A stretch of DNA of 32,000 nt from an uncultured cyanobacterium. GTDB taxonomy: Bacteria; Cyanobacteriota; Cyanobacteriia; Cyanobacteriales; Cyanobacteriaceae. Shown here piece by piece: positions 19,296 to 27,491 of the stretch. Numbering within the stretch: position 1 is the stretch's first letter; each line of letters opens with the position of its first letter. The stretch covers positions 47,170 to 79,169 of the forward strand of contig CAVVOP010000025.1 of the NCBI GenBank assembly GCA_963749915.1, written 5' to 3'. The notes below the pieces were generated by a model, which saw only the letters and a program-made list of their open reading frames with translations, was not told the origin of the DNA and made no database searches. A program made the translations under genes and the position numbers.

Positions 19296-20459
19296 TCAAT
19301 TTCTTACTAAGTTGATGACTTGTGCTAAAGTGGCGGTAAGATTGTCCGTACTATAATTATCAATGCAACGTTGCCTAGCTAAATTACCTTTATTCTCGGC
19401 TTGGGTATAATTGGCAAAAATAAGGTTGATTTGTTGTGAGATTCCATCAGGGCATTGAGGTTCAATAGAATATCCTGTATCCTGTAAGATATTAGGGATT
19501 TCTCCGACTTTGGTAGCGATAATGGGTTTTGCCATAGCCATACCCTCAATTAATTCTAAGGGAAACTTAGCAACGGTTGTTAAACTTTTCCTCGGTGTCA
19601 CCATGACGATATGACTCATGGCGATAAATTCTGGCATTGCGTCAAAGGCTTGAGGCTGTATTTGTACAATCCAACGTCCCCATTTTGCTTGTAAAGTGCT
19701 TAGATAAGAAGATTGATTTTTGTTACCTCCCACTAACACTAATTTGAGGTCATCTTGATTTAAACTATCTAAGGCGGTGAATATATCTTCTAAACCTTGG
19801 TCTGGTTTCGGTGTACCAGTAAACATTAATAATCTATATTCTGATAATCCATATTTAGCCCGAATGGCCGTGGGATCGAACTTACTAGGATCGAATAAAT
19901 TCGTATCTTTTGCACTAGGAAGATAAGTGCCACCATAACGATATTCTAAAAATTTACTGCTAAGAGTGATCGCACTTACTTTATCCATGGTTTTTTCCAA
20001 CCATTTAAGATACAAAGGATGTTGAGGTTTTCTTAATTCACCACTACTGGACAAAAGATCAGAAATTAAACTACCTTGATATTGCCAATTATCTCCTCCA
20101 AAAGCACCCATTTCCCAATCATCAATGTCCAAAATAAGGGGTTTTCTACTACGCCATGCCTTAAACAATCCTAATCCCAAGCTGGTTAATTGCGGTTTAA
20201 GAACATAAAGAATATCCCCGTCAATTTCCTCAGTGAAATTTAAACCCATTTTTAGGAAACTAGGCAGATTTGAACCAAAAAGATAGGTAATCGGCAAAGC
20301 ATAGGGTGGTTCTGGATATATTTGTTCGCCATACAAAAAGCCAAAAATGTTAACTTGATAACCCAATTTTTGTAAACCTTGGGCGACAATATAACCCCTA
20401 CTGGTGCCTTGAGATGATAAATCGGGAATTAAAACAGAGATTTTGATTTTATTGGTCAT
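19296..20459 (-). CDS. Glycosyltransferase (GT-B fold, GT4-like)
   Basis: 387 aa. The C-terminal FPLELIEGMAMAKPIIATKVGEIPNIL resembles the GT-B nucleotide-sugar binding motif. The N-terminus KISVLIPDLSSQGTSRGY is typical of GT4-like enzymes. Confidence 0.7.
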   Translation of the reverse strand: MTNKIKISVLIPDLSSQGTSRGYIVAQGLQKLGYQVNIFGFLYGEQIYPEPPYALPITYLFGSNLPSFLKMGLNFTEEIDGDILYVLKPQLTSLGLGLFKAWRSRKPLILDIDDWEMGAFGGDNWQYQGSLISDLLSSSGELRKPQHPLYLKWLEKTMDKVSAITLSSKFLEYRYGGTYLPSAKDTNLFDPSKFDPTAIRAKYGLSEYRLLMFTGTPKPDQGLEDIFTALDSLNQDDLKLVLVGGNKNQSSYLSTLQAKWGRWIVQIQPQAFDAMPEFIAMSHIVMVTPRKSLTTVAKFPLELIEGMAMAKPIIATKVGEIPNILQDTGYSIEPQCPDGISQQINLIFANYTQAENKGNLARQRCIDNYSTDNLTATLAQVINLVRN

Positions 20460-20633
20460 AAAAAACTATGGTGGCAAAATTTACTGGAGTAAGTCATTTT
20501 TCAAATGAGTAATTAGCAATGAGTAATTAGTAATTCAACAAACCCTATTTATGATTTATTCCCCCAATTATCTTCAACTATGATAGTATCTGAGTTAAAT
20601 TAAGTAACAATATGTAAAAATATTAAATTATTT

Positions 20634-21731
20634 GTGTCGGGGAGTATTAATAAAATGAAAAATCAAAGATTATCGGCTAGTAATTTACCGATACAACGCA
20701 GTTATAACCAACCCTTAAAAATAGGGGTTATCGGTGTTGGTAACATGGGGCAACATCACACCCGTGTGTTAAGTTTACTTAAAGATGTAGAATTAGTGGG
20801 CATAGCCGATGTCAATGTCGAAAGAGGCTTGGATGTTGCCAGTAAATATCGAGTTCATTTTTTCGAGAATTACCTCGAAATGTTATCCCATGTGGACGCA
20901 GTTTGTATCGCTGCTCCTACAAAATTACATCATCAGGTGGGTTTAGAATCTTTAAATGCCGGAGTCCACGTTTTAATTGAAAAACCCATCGCCGCTAGTA
21001 TAGCCGAAGCAGAATCCCTAGTCAATGCCGCCGCCGCCACCAACTGTATTTTACAGGTAGGACATATCGAAAGATTTAACCCCGCCTTCCAGGAATTAAG
21101 CAAAGTCTTAGAAACTGAAAATTTATTAGCCTTAGAAGCACATCGCATGAGTCCATATTCTGATCGTGCTAATGATGTATCGGTCGTGTTAGACTTAATG
21201 ATCCATGACTTAGACTTATTATTAGAATTGGCAGGATCTCCTGTAGTTAAACTGAGTGCTAGTGGTAGTCGAGCTTCTGGATCTGAATATTTAGACTATG
21301 TAACCGCAACTCTTAACTTTGCTAATGGAATTGTTGCCACTGTCACCGCCAGTAAAGTAACCCATCGCAAAATTCGTCGTATCGTAGCACACTGTAAAAA
21401 CAGTCTTACGGAAGCGGATTTTCTCAACAATGAAATTTTAATCCATCGTCAAACTACCGCTAATTATACAACTGATTACGGTCAAGTTTTATATCGTCAA
21501 GATGGTTTAATTGAAAAAGTATATACAAGCAATATTGAGCCTTTACACGCAGAATTAGAACATTTTGTCGGTTGTGTCAGGGGAGGAAATAAGCCTTCTG
21601 TAGGCGGAGAACAGGCCTTGAAAGCCTTACGGTTAGCCAGTTACATTGAACAGTTAGCCTTAGATGGCAAAGTGTGGCAAGAATCTCCTTTAGACTTAAA
21701 ACAACTCAATGGGGGGTTTATCAACATTTAA
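20634..21731 (+). CDS. Gfo/Idh/MocA family NAD(P)-dependent oxidoreductase
   Basis: It has the Rossmann motif IGVIGVGNMGQHH, EKPIA, and a GHIERFNP motif. The GTG at 20634 may be upstream of the true start; an ATG at 20649 (MKNQRL...) is an alternative. Confidence 0.85.
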   Translation: MSGSINKMKNQRLSASNLPIQRSYNQPLKIGVIGVGNMGQHHTRVLSLLKDVELVGIADVNVERGLDVASKYRVHFFENYLEMLSHVDAVCIAAPTKLHHQVGLESLNAGVHVLIEKPIAASIAEAESLVNAAAATNCILQVGHIERFNPAFQELSKVLETENLLALEAHRMSPYSDRANDVSVVLDLMIHDLDLLLELAGSPVVKLSASGSRASGSEYLDYVTATLNFANGIVATVTASKVTHRKIRRIVAHCKNSLTEADFLNNEILIHRQTTANYTTDYGQVLYRQDGLIEKVYTSNIEPLHAELEHFVGCVRGGNKPSVGGEQALKALRLASYIEQLALDGKVWQESPLDLKQLNGGFINI

Positions 21732-21849
21732 AACCATTGATGATTGATAATCACAATTAACAATTAATTTAAAAGACTGAAAAACTAGAAATAAATCAAC
21801 TTTTACCTTATGATTTATTGGCAAATGGGAATTGAATAAATTATAAAAT

Positions 21850-22800
21850 ATGCGCATTTTTGTTACTGGTGCTAGTGGATGTATAGGTCATTATATTGCT
21901 GATTTATTGATTAAAAATACCGATCATGAATTGTTTTTATTAGTCAGAAATCCTAGTAAACTCAAATTTGATTATAATCATCGTGAAGGGGTTAATATTC
22001 TTCAAGGCGATTTAGCCCAAGTTCTTGATTATAAAGAGTTATTAAACACTATTAATATAGCCATTTTGGCGGCGACTTGTTGGGGCGGTGAAGAAGAATC
22101 CTATCAAATAAATGTTGAGGCAAATCTAAATTTAATTAACAGTTTAAACAAAGAAAATTGTCAACAAATAATATATTTTTCTACTGCGAGTATTTTAGAT
22201 CAAAATAATCAACTTTTAACAGAAGCAGGAGAAATTGGCACTGATTATATTCGCACTAAATATCAATGTTTTACAAAATTATCAGAGTTAGAATTATATC
22301 CAAAAATTATCACTGTTTACCCCACTTTAGTTTTCGGCGGCGATGATCATAAACCTTATTCTCATCTTTCCGGAGGCTTGAAGGATTTACCTAAATTGAT
22401 GAATTTAATTCGTTGGTTTCAAGCTGATGGTAGTTTTCATTTTATTCATGCTTATGATATTGCTACCGTCATCGCTTATTTGGTGGAAAATGGAACTAAT
22501 TTAGAGGGTTATTTTGATAAAAAATTAGTTTTAGGCAATCGACCATTAACGGTTAATGAAGTGATAAAAGAGATTTGTAATTATCTTCGTAAAAAAGTTT
22601 ATTTTCAAATACCTTTACCGATTTGGTTAGCAAATATTTTCATAAAAGTGTTTAATATTCAAATGGCAGAATGGGACTATTTTTGTTTTAATTATCGTCA
22701 TTTTATTTACGGTAAATTTGTCAATCCAACTACCTTTAATTTAGAACCTTATGCACCGAATTTAACTAAATTATTAGAAGTTTCACAAGTTTCTAAGTAA
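21850..22800 (+). CDS. NAD-dependent epimerase/dehydratase family (extended SDR) protein
   Basis: 316 aa with N-terminal MRIFVTGASGCIGHYIADLL (GxxGxxG Rossmann) and a YxxxK-like YIRTK. The substrate is unknown. Confidence 0.75.
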   Translation: MRIFVTGASGCIGHYIADLLIKNTDHELFLLVRNPSKLKFDYNHREGVNILQGDLAQVLDYKELLNTINIAILAATCWGGEEESYQINVEANLNLINSLNKENCQQIIYFSTASILDQNNQLLTEAGEIGTDYIRTKYQCFTKLSELELYPKIITVYPTLVFGGDDHKPYSHLSGGLKDLPKLMNLIRWFQADGSFHFIHAYDIATVIAYLVENGTNLEGYFDKKLVLGNRPLTVNEVIKEICNYLRKKVYFQIPLPIWLANIFIKVFNIQMAEWDYFCFNYRHFIYGKFVNPTTFNLEPYAPNLTKLLEVSQVSK

Positions 22801-22851
22801 TTATAGCAATCAGGAATGATTTGTGAGGTTTTAGTCAAGGCAAATGATCAA

Positions 22852-23427
22852 TTATTTATCGGCAATAATTTTCGCCGCTAATATTCCACCGATAAAACCG
22901 AATAAATGTCCTAACCATGAGACATGAGGATTGGAGGGTAAAACTCCCCAAATCATGCCACCATAGAGGAAAACCACCATTAAAGAAAGGGCAATAGATG
23001 GGGTATTTTTTTGGAAGTAACCCCGTAAAAGGAGAAAACCTAAGTAACCAAAAATAACTCCACTAGCACCAACGGTAATAGAATTTGGTCGTGCAAATAA
23101 CCATACTCCGATACCACTAACTATCATAGAATAGAAACTGACAGTGAAAAAGTCATCGGTATCCTGCAACATCACAAACCAAGCTAAAATGGCAAAGGGT
23201 ACTGTATTGGCGATTAAATGGGTAAAATCTGTATGCAGAAATGGTGCTAGAATTATCCCTCTTAATCCCACTATATTCCTTGGTATGATACCAAAATAAT
23301 CTAGGCGATCGCCAAAAAAAGTTTGGTTAACAATTTCCACAATCCAAAAAATAGCGATAAAAGTACCAATAATGTTAAATTGGGATTTTAATTCTTTAAC
23401 AAACCCCTTCATATTCTCATCACTCAT
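22852..23427 (-). CDS. Rhomboid family intramembrane serine protease
   Basis: 191 aa, polytopic. It carries GASGVIFGYLG (the catalytic GxSG) and a downstream HLFGFIGG (catalytic His helix). Confidence 0.85.
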   Translation of the reverse strand: MSDENMKGFVKELKSQFNIIGTFIAIFWIVEIVNQTFFGDRLDYFGIIPRNIVGLRGIILAPFLHTDFTHLIANTVPFAILAWFVMLQDTDDFFTVSFYSMIVSGIGVWLFARPNSITVGASGVIFGYLGFLLLRGYFQKNTPSIALSLMVVFLYGGMIWGVLPSNPHVSWLGHLFGFIGGILAAKIIADK

Positions 23428-23906
23428 GAGTCATTTTCCTGTTGAGTTATTTTCTCCATTTTATAGCGATCAAAAGAAATATTTCCATAATAAACCGTTT
23501 CCATTGCGGAAATAGTAAAACCACAGCGAGAAAAGACCGGTTGAGAGAAAAAACTTGCCTCGGTGTAAAATCTGCTTATTCCTTGTTTAATCCCCATTTC
23601 TAACACATATAACAATAATTTTGTGCCGTAACCTTGACGAGTAAAATCAGGATGGAGATAAAAAGAAGCAATATACCCATCATTTTTTAAACCACAAAAG
23701 CCGATAATTTGCCCATTTTTAAGTAATAAATAGGTATCAGCATTAAAAATAAAATCATGAAACTGACTAATATTATTGGGTGCAGATGACCAAGCAATGA
23801 CTTGTGAGGGGGAATATAAACTAGGGGCAAGTTTTTTGACAGTATGAGAGTATATCTGCCTTAATTTATCAAAATCTTCCTTCACAGCTAAACGAAACAT
23901 AAGCAA
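23424..23906 (-). CDS. GNAT family N-acetyltransferase
   Basis: 160 aa with the acetyl-CoA binding motif RQGYGTKLLLYVLE (R/Q-x-x-G-x-G/A). Its stop overlaps the rhomboid start (ATGA at 23427-23424). Confidence 0.85.
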   Translation of the reverse strand: MLMFRLAVKEDFDKLRQIYSHTVKKLAPSLYSPSQVIAWSSAPNNISQFHDFIFNADTYLLLKNGQIIGFCGLKNDGYIASFYLHPDFTRQGYGTKLLLYVLEMGIKQGISRFYTEASFFSQPVFSRCGFTISAMETVYYGNISFDRYKMEKITQQENDS

Positions 23907-23999
23907 TTAACAGTTAATTACTAAATCGATTATCGACGGTCTATTGTCAATGATGGTTTACAATACTTAATAATATCCCATTAAATTAATGATTAGATT

Positions 24000-24266
24000 A
24001 TGAGTGCAAAAGTAGAAATTTATACATGGAGTACTTGTCCTTTCTGTATTCGTGCTAAAGGTTTATTAAAACAAAAACAAGTAGAGTTTATCGAATATTG
24101 TATTGACGGGGATAATGAAGCTAAAATGAAAATGTCAGAAAGAGCGAATGGGCATGCTAGCGTTCCGCAAATTTTTATTGATGATAAGCATATCGGCGGA
24201 TGTGCTGATTTATATGAGATTAACGCCACAGGAGAATTAGATAAATTATTAGGAGGAATTAGTTAA
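24000..24266 (+). CDS. grxC: Glutaredoxin (Grx3/GrxC type, CPFC active site)
   Basis: 88 aa. Motifs VEIYTWSTCPFCIRAKGLL, VPQIFIDDKHIGGCADL and the GG motif match classical dithiol glutaredoxin. Confidence 0.9.
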   Translation: MSAKVEIYTWSTCPFCIRAKGLLKQKQVEFIEYCIDGDNEAKMKMSERANGHASVPQIFIDDKHIGGCADLYEINATGELDKLLGGIS

Positions 24267-24354
24267 CTCACCGAAAACCTCTTTGCCTTGCCTGTGTTAG
24301 CATCTTTGCGAGAGAAACCAACCCGACACCGCCAAACTCAAATTACCCCATCAT

Positions 24355-25320
24355 ATGAAATTTGTATTTATTATAGATCCCATCGCCAAATTAGATCCCA
24401 CCCATGATAGTAGCGTGGCGATGATGGAATCCGCTCAAAATTTAGGTCATGAAGTTTATATCACTACCATTAATGAACTTAGTGTTGTTAGTGGTAAAGC
24501 CTATGCACATTTACAAACTGTTACCCTTAAACCTGTAAAATTAATACATAATCACTGGCAAATAGAAGAAAACTGGTATTCATTGACAGAATCCACTTTT
24601 TTACCTCTAGAATTTTGTGATGCGGTGTTTATGCGTAAAGATCCGCCTGTTAATATTCCCTATCTTTATGCCACATACATTTTAGACTTAATCGATCCTC
24701 AGAAAACAAAAGTTATCAATTCTCCCCAAGGGATTCGCTCAGCTAACGAAAAAATGTACGCTTTACAATTCCCTTCTGTTCTTCCTGCCACCATCGTCAC
24801 CCAGAGTAAATCTGTCATTGCTGATTTTTTAGCAGAAAAAGAAGCGATAATACTAAAACCTCTTGGAGGTAAGGCTGGAGAGGGGATTTTATTCTTACAA
24901 CAAGGCGATCGCAATTTCAACTCGTTGATCGAAATTAGTACCAAACAAGGGCAAGAACCGATTATGGTACAAGAATATTTACCATCGGCAAAAGAAGGAG
25001 ATAAAAGAATTATCTTATTAAACGGTTTATCCATTGGTGCAGTGAATCGCATTCCTACAGGCAAAGAATTTCGAGGAAATATGGCTGTAGGAGGTAGAGT
25101 TGCTCCCACACAAATTACTGAAAGAGAGTTAACTATTTGTGAAACCCTTGCACCAAAACTTCTAGAAGACGGTTTATTCTTCGTGGGAATAGACGTAATC
25201 GGCGGCTATTTAACAGAAGTAAACGTAACCAGTCCAACGGGAATCAGAGAAATTGATCGGCTAAACAGTGTGAAGTTAGGAGAAAAAGTTATTAAGGCGG
25301 TTGTTTCTCCATGTCAATAA
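24355..25320 (+). CDS. gshB: Glutathione synthetase (prokaryotic ATP-grasp type)
   Basis: 321 aa. MKFVFIIDPIAKLDPTHDSSVAMMESAQ..., MRKDPP, ILKPLGGKAGEGI, GDKRIILLNG, RGNMAVGG and LTEVNVTSPTGIREI are canonical GshB motifs. It lies directly downstream of grxC. Confidence 0.95.
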   Translation: MKFVFIIDPIAKLDPTHDSSVAMMESAQNLGHEVYITTINELSVVSGKAYAHLQTVTLKPVKLIHNHWQIEENWYSLTESTFLPLEFCDAVFMRKDPPVNIPYLYATYILDLIDPQKTKVINSPQGIRSANEKMYALQFPSVLPATIVTQSKSVIADFLAEKEAIILKPLGGKAGEGILFLQQGDRNFNSLIEISTKQGQEPIMVQEYLPSAKEGDKRIILLNGLSIGAVNRIPTGKEFRGNMAVGGRVAPTQITERELTICETLAPKLLEDGLFFVGIDVIGGYLTEVNVTSPTGIREIDRLNSVKLGEKVIKAVVSPCQ

Positions 25321-25371
25321 ATTATTTGCCTTATTATGTTAGTTGATCACAAAGCTACAAGCTTTTACCAA

Positions 25372-25461
25372 CGGAGAGAGAGGGATTCGAACCCTCGGTG
25401 GAGCTATAAACCCCACAACTTCTTAGCAGGAAGCCGCTTTCAACCGCTCAGCCATCTCTCC
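25372..25461 (-). tRNA. tRNA-Ser (anticodon GCU), class II with long variable arm; CCA not encoded
   Basis: The reverse complement is GGAGAGATGGCTGAGCGGTTGAAAGCGGCTTCCTGCTAAGAAGTTGTGGGGTTTATAGCTCCACCGAGGGTTCGAATCCCTCTCTCTCCG. The acceptor stem is GGAGAGA/TCTCTCC, the anticodon stem GCTTC/GAAGT with loop CT-GCT-AA, the variable stem GTGGGG/CTCCAC, and the T arm GAGGG-TTCGAAT-CCCTC. Confidence 0.9.
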
Positions 25462-25573
25462 ACATAGATATCTAGAGAATTATAACAAATCCTAATGACT
25501 TTTGGCAACACATAGTTTTGTTGCGTATTGTTAAGTTTTGTATGCGATTCTCCTGGTTCTTTTTGAGAAATTA

Positions 25574-25603
25574 TTGACAGTGGTTACGCCATCGAGATAG
25601 GAT
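25574..25603 (+). promoter_or_regulatory. Candidate sigma70-type promoter for rplU-rpmA
   Basis: TTGACA (25574-25579), an 18-nt spacer, then TAGGAT (25598-25603). This would give a leader of about 100 nt before the rplU ATG. The call rests on sequence match only. Confidence 0.35.
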
Positions 25604-25708
25604 GGGGGGTGGTGTCTTAAAATCTTGTTCGGATCAGGTCAAGAAATAGATAAAGCAGAAAAATTAAACTCTGCTACCTGTACGGCAGTATATAAAAAGG
25701 AAATTAAT

Positions 25709-26086
25709 ATGACTTACGCAGTAATTGAAATCTGTGGGAAACAACTTAAAGTTGAACCCGGCAGATTTTATGATTTAGATAGAATTGATGTAGAATTAGA
25801 CGGTGATTTGGTCATTGAAAAAGTGTTACTAATTCATCACCAGGATCAAATTCAGATTGGACAACCTTACATTGAAGGTGGTAGCGTCAGCAGTACAATT
25901 ATCGGTCACCGTCGGGGTAAAAAGGTAATCGTTTATAAAATGCAACCGAAGAAGAAAACCCGTAAAAAAAGAGGCCATAGGCAAGAATTAAGTCGCTTAA
26001 TGATTAATTCCATCAGTTTAGACGGCAAATTGTTGGCGCAAAAACCTACGGAAGCTGTTGAAGCAGAAGTTGCCGTTGGAGCTTAA
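25709..26086 (+). CDS. rplU: 50S ribosomal protein L21
   Basis: MTYAVIEICGKQLKVEPGRFYDLDRI... is the conserved L21 N-terminus. The ORF-track start at 25625 adds 28 non-conserved residues. The ATG at 25709 is preceded by AAAGGA. Confidence 0.93.
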   Translation: MTYAVIEICGKQLKVEPGRFYDLDRIDVELDGDLVIEKVLLIHHQDQIQIGQPYIEGGSVSSTIIGHRRGKKVIVYKMQPKKKTRKKRGHRQELSRLMINSISLDGKLLAQKPTEAVEAEVAVGA

Positions 26087-26145
26087 GATTGAGCACAATA
26101 GATTTTAGAGATAAAATAAATTTACTATACTAGGAGTATAATTGA

Positions 26146-26409
26146 ATGGCACATAAGAAAGGTACAGGTAGTACAAGAAACGGGAGAGATTCTAATTCTA
26201 AGCGCTTAGGGGTTAAACGTTATGGCGGCGAAAGCGTTAAGGCTGGTAATATTTTAGTTCGTCAACGTGGCACTAAAATTTACCCCGGCAATAATGTTGG
26301 TATCGGGAAAGATGATACCCTTTTTGCACTTATCGAAGGAGTTGTTAAATTTGAATATAAAACTGCTAGTCGGAAAAAAGTAAGTGTGTATCCTCTAGAA
26401 GTGGCTTAA
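26146..26409 (+). CDS. rpmA: 50S ribosomal protein L27
   Basis: [52 protein letters not shown] is the canonical L27 sequence. Confidence 0.95.
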   Translation: MAHKKGTGSTRNGRDSNSKRLGVKRYGGESVKAGNILVRQRGTKIYPGNNVGIGKDDTLFALIEGVVKFEYKTASRKKVSVYPLEVA

Positions 26410-26440
26410 GTTGCCGAAATAAAACTTGGATAGTCAAAAG

Positions 26441-26490
26441 ACTGGGTAAGCTAAATCTAATTTTAGAGGTCGCCTTCACCCAGTTTTTTT
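26441..26490 (+). terminator. Rho-independent terminator after rpmA, in the gap between the convergent rpmA and AKR genes
   Basis: ACTGGGTAAG (26441-26450) pairs with CTTCACCCAGT (26474-26484) with one bulge, followed by T7 (26484-26490). Confidence 0.7.
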
Positions 26491-26510
26491 ATGGTGTGTT
26501 CTGTAGATGC

Positions 26511-27473
26511 TCAACTAAAATTCCACATCACAGGGTTATCATCTAAATGTTTTGTTACTTCATAGCCAATGGCACTAATTTTGATCACGTCTTCTTCACT
26601 TAACTTGATTTCTACCGCTTGGGCATTTTCTTTTACCTGTTGTGAGTTTCTTGCCCCTACAATAGCGTTGCTTTTCGGTTGTTTTATTAACCATGCGATC
26701 GCCAATTGACCTAAAGTACAATTATATTGTTGAGCAATGGGGGTTAATTGAGTTAGGGCTGTTTGTACCCTTTCCCAGTGGGGGGATTGAAATAAACGAT
26801 GATCTTTGCGATGATCACCCTCATCAAAGTGAGGATTATTCCCAAATTTTCCGGTTAAAATCCCTTGTGCAAGGGAAGAATAAGCCAAAATTGAGATATT
26901 ATGCTCAATACAATAGGGTTGTGTCTCTTTTTCTACCCCGCGCCAAAAAAGAGAATAAGGGGGTTGAATGCTATCAATCTGCCCATAATTAGAGGCTTCT
27001 GCTAATTCCTGACAAGAAAAGTTGGACACCCCTAGGGCTCTAATTTTACCCTGTTGTTTTAAATCATTTAACGCCTTCATAGTTTCTTCTATGGGAACAA
27101 TCTCACTTTTCCAACTACCCGAGGGCCAATGAATTTGATATAAATCAATATAATCTGTCTGTAAGTTTGTCAAGGAATTATCACAGGCGGCGATCACCTG
27201 ATTATATTTCATGTGATTAGCAAAAACTTTCGTTGCATAAATTACTTTATCCCGCACATCTTTTAAAGCTTGACTAACAATTCTTTCCGAGTGTCCTTCT
27301 CCATATACTTCGGCGGTGTCAATGGTGGTAATACCTACCTCAAAAGCCTCTCGAATTGCTTTAATACTTTCGGTATCTTCAATACCAGCCCACATTCTTT
27401 TGCCCGCTTGCCATGTACCCATAATTACAGGAGTAATGTATAAATTTGAGTTACCTAATTGTCTAGTTTCCAT
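26511..27473 (-). CDS. Aldo/keto reductase family oxidoreductase
   Basis: 320 aa. METRQLGNSNLYITPVIMGTW, IDTAEVYGEGHSE, DLYQIHWP and LGVSNF are AKR signature segments. It sits 18 nt downstream of the GH57 gene on the same strand. Confidence 0.9.
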   Translation of the reverse strand: METRQLGNSNLYITPVIMGTWQAGKRMWAGIEDTESIKAIREAFEVGITTIDTAEVYGEGHSERIVSQALKDVRDKVIYATKVFANHMKYNQVIAACDNSLTNLQTDYIDLYQIHWPSGSWKSEIVPIEETMKALNDLKQQGKIRALGVSNFSCQELAEASNYGQIDSIQPPYSLFWRGVEKETQPYCIEHNISILAYSSLAQGILTGKFGNNPHFDEGDHRKDHRLFQSPHWERVQTALTQLTPIAQQYNCTLGQLAIAWLIKQPKSNAIVGARNSQQVKENAQAVEIKLSEEDVIKISAIGYEVTKHLDDNPVMWNFS

Positions 27474-27491
27474 TTTTACTCAGTTTTTTTA

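Noticed and set aside
25351-25365. AAAGCT-ACA-AGCTTT palindrome between gshB and tRNA-Ser as a terminator
   Set aside because: The stem is only 6 bp with a 3-nt loop, and neither strand has a following U-run. That is too weak to call.
25625-25708. N-terminal 28-aa extension of L21 in the ORF track (and the analogous 49-aa extension 29957-30103 of the EACC1-like ORF)
   Set aside because: The extensions start at non-ATG codons and are not family-like. In both cases a downstream ATG gives the conserved or sensible N-terminus (MTYAVIE..., MADESL...).
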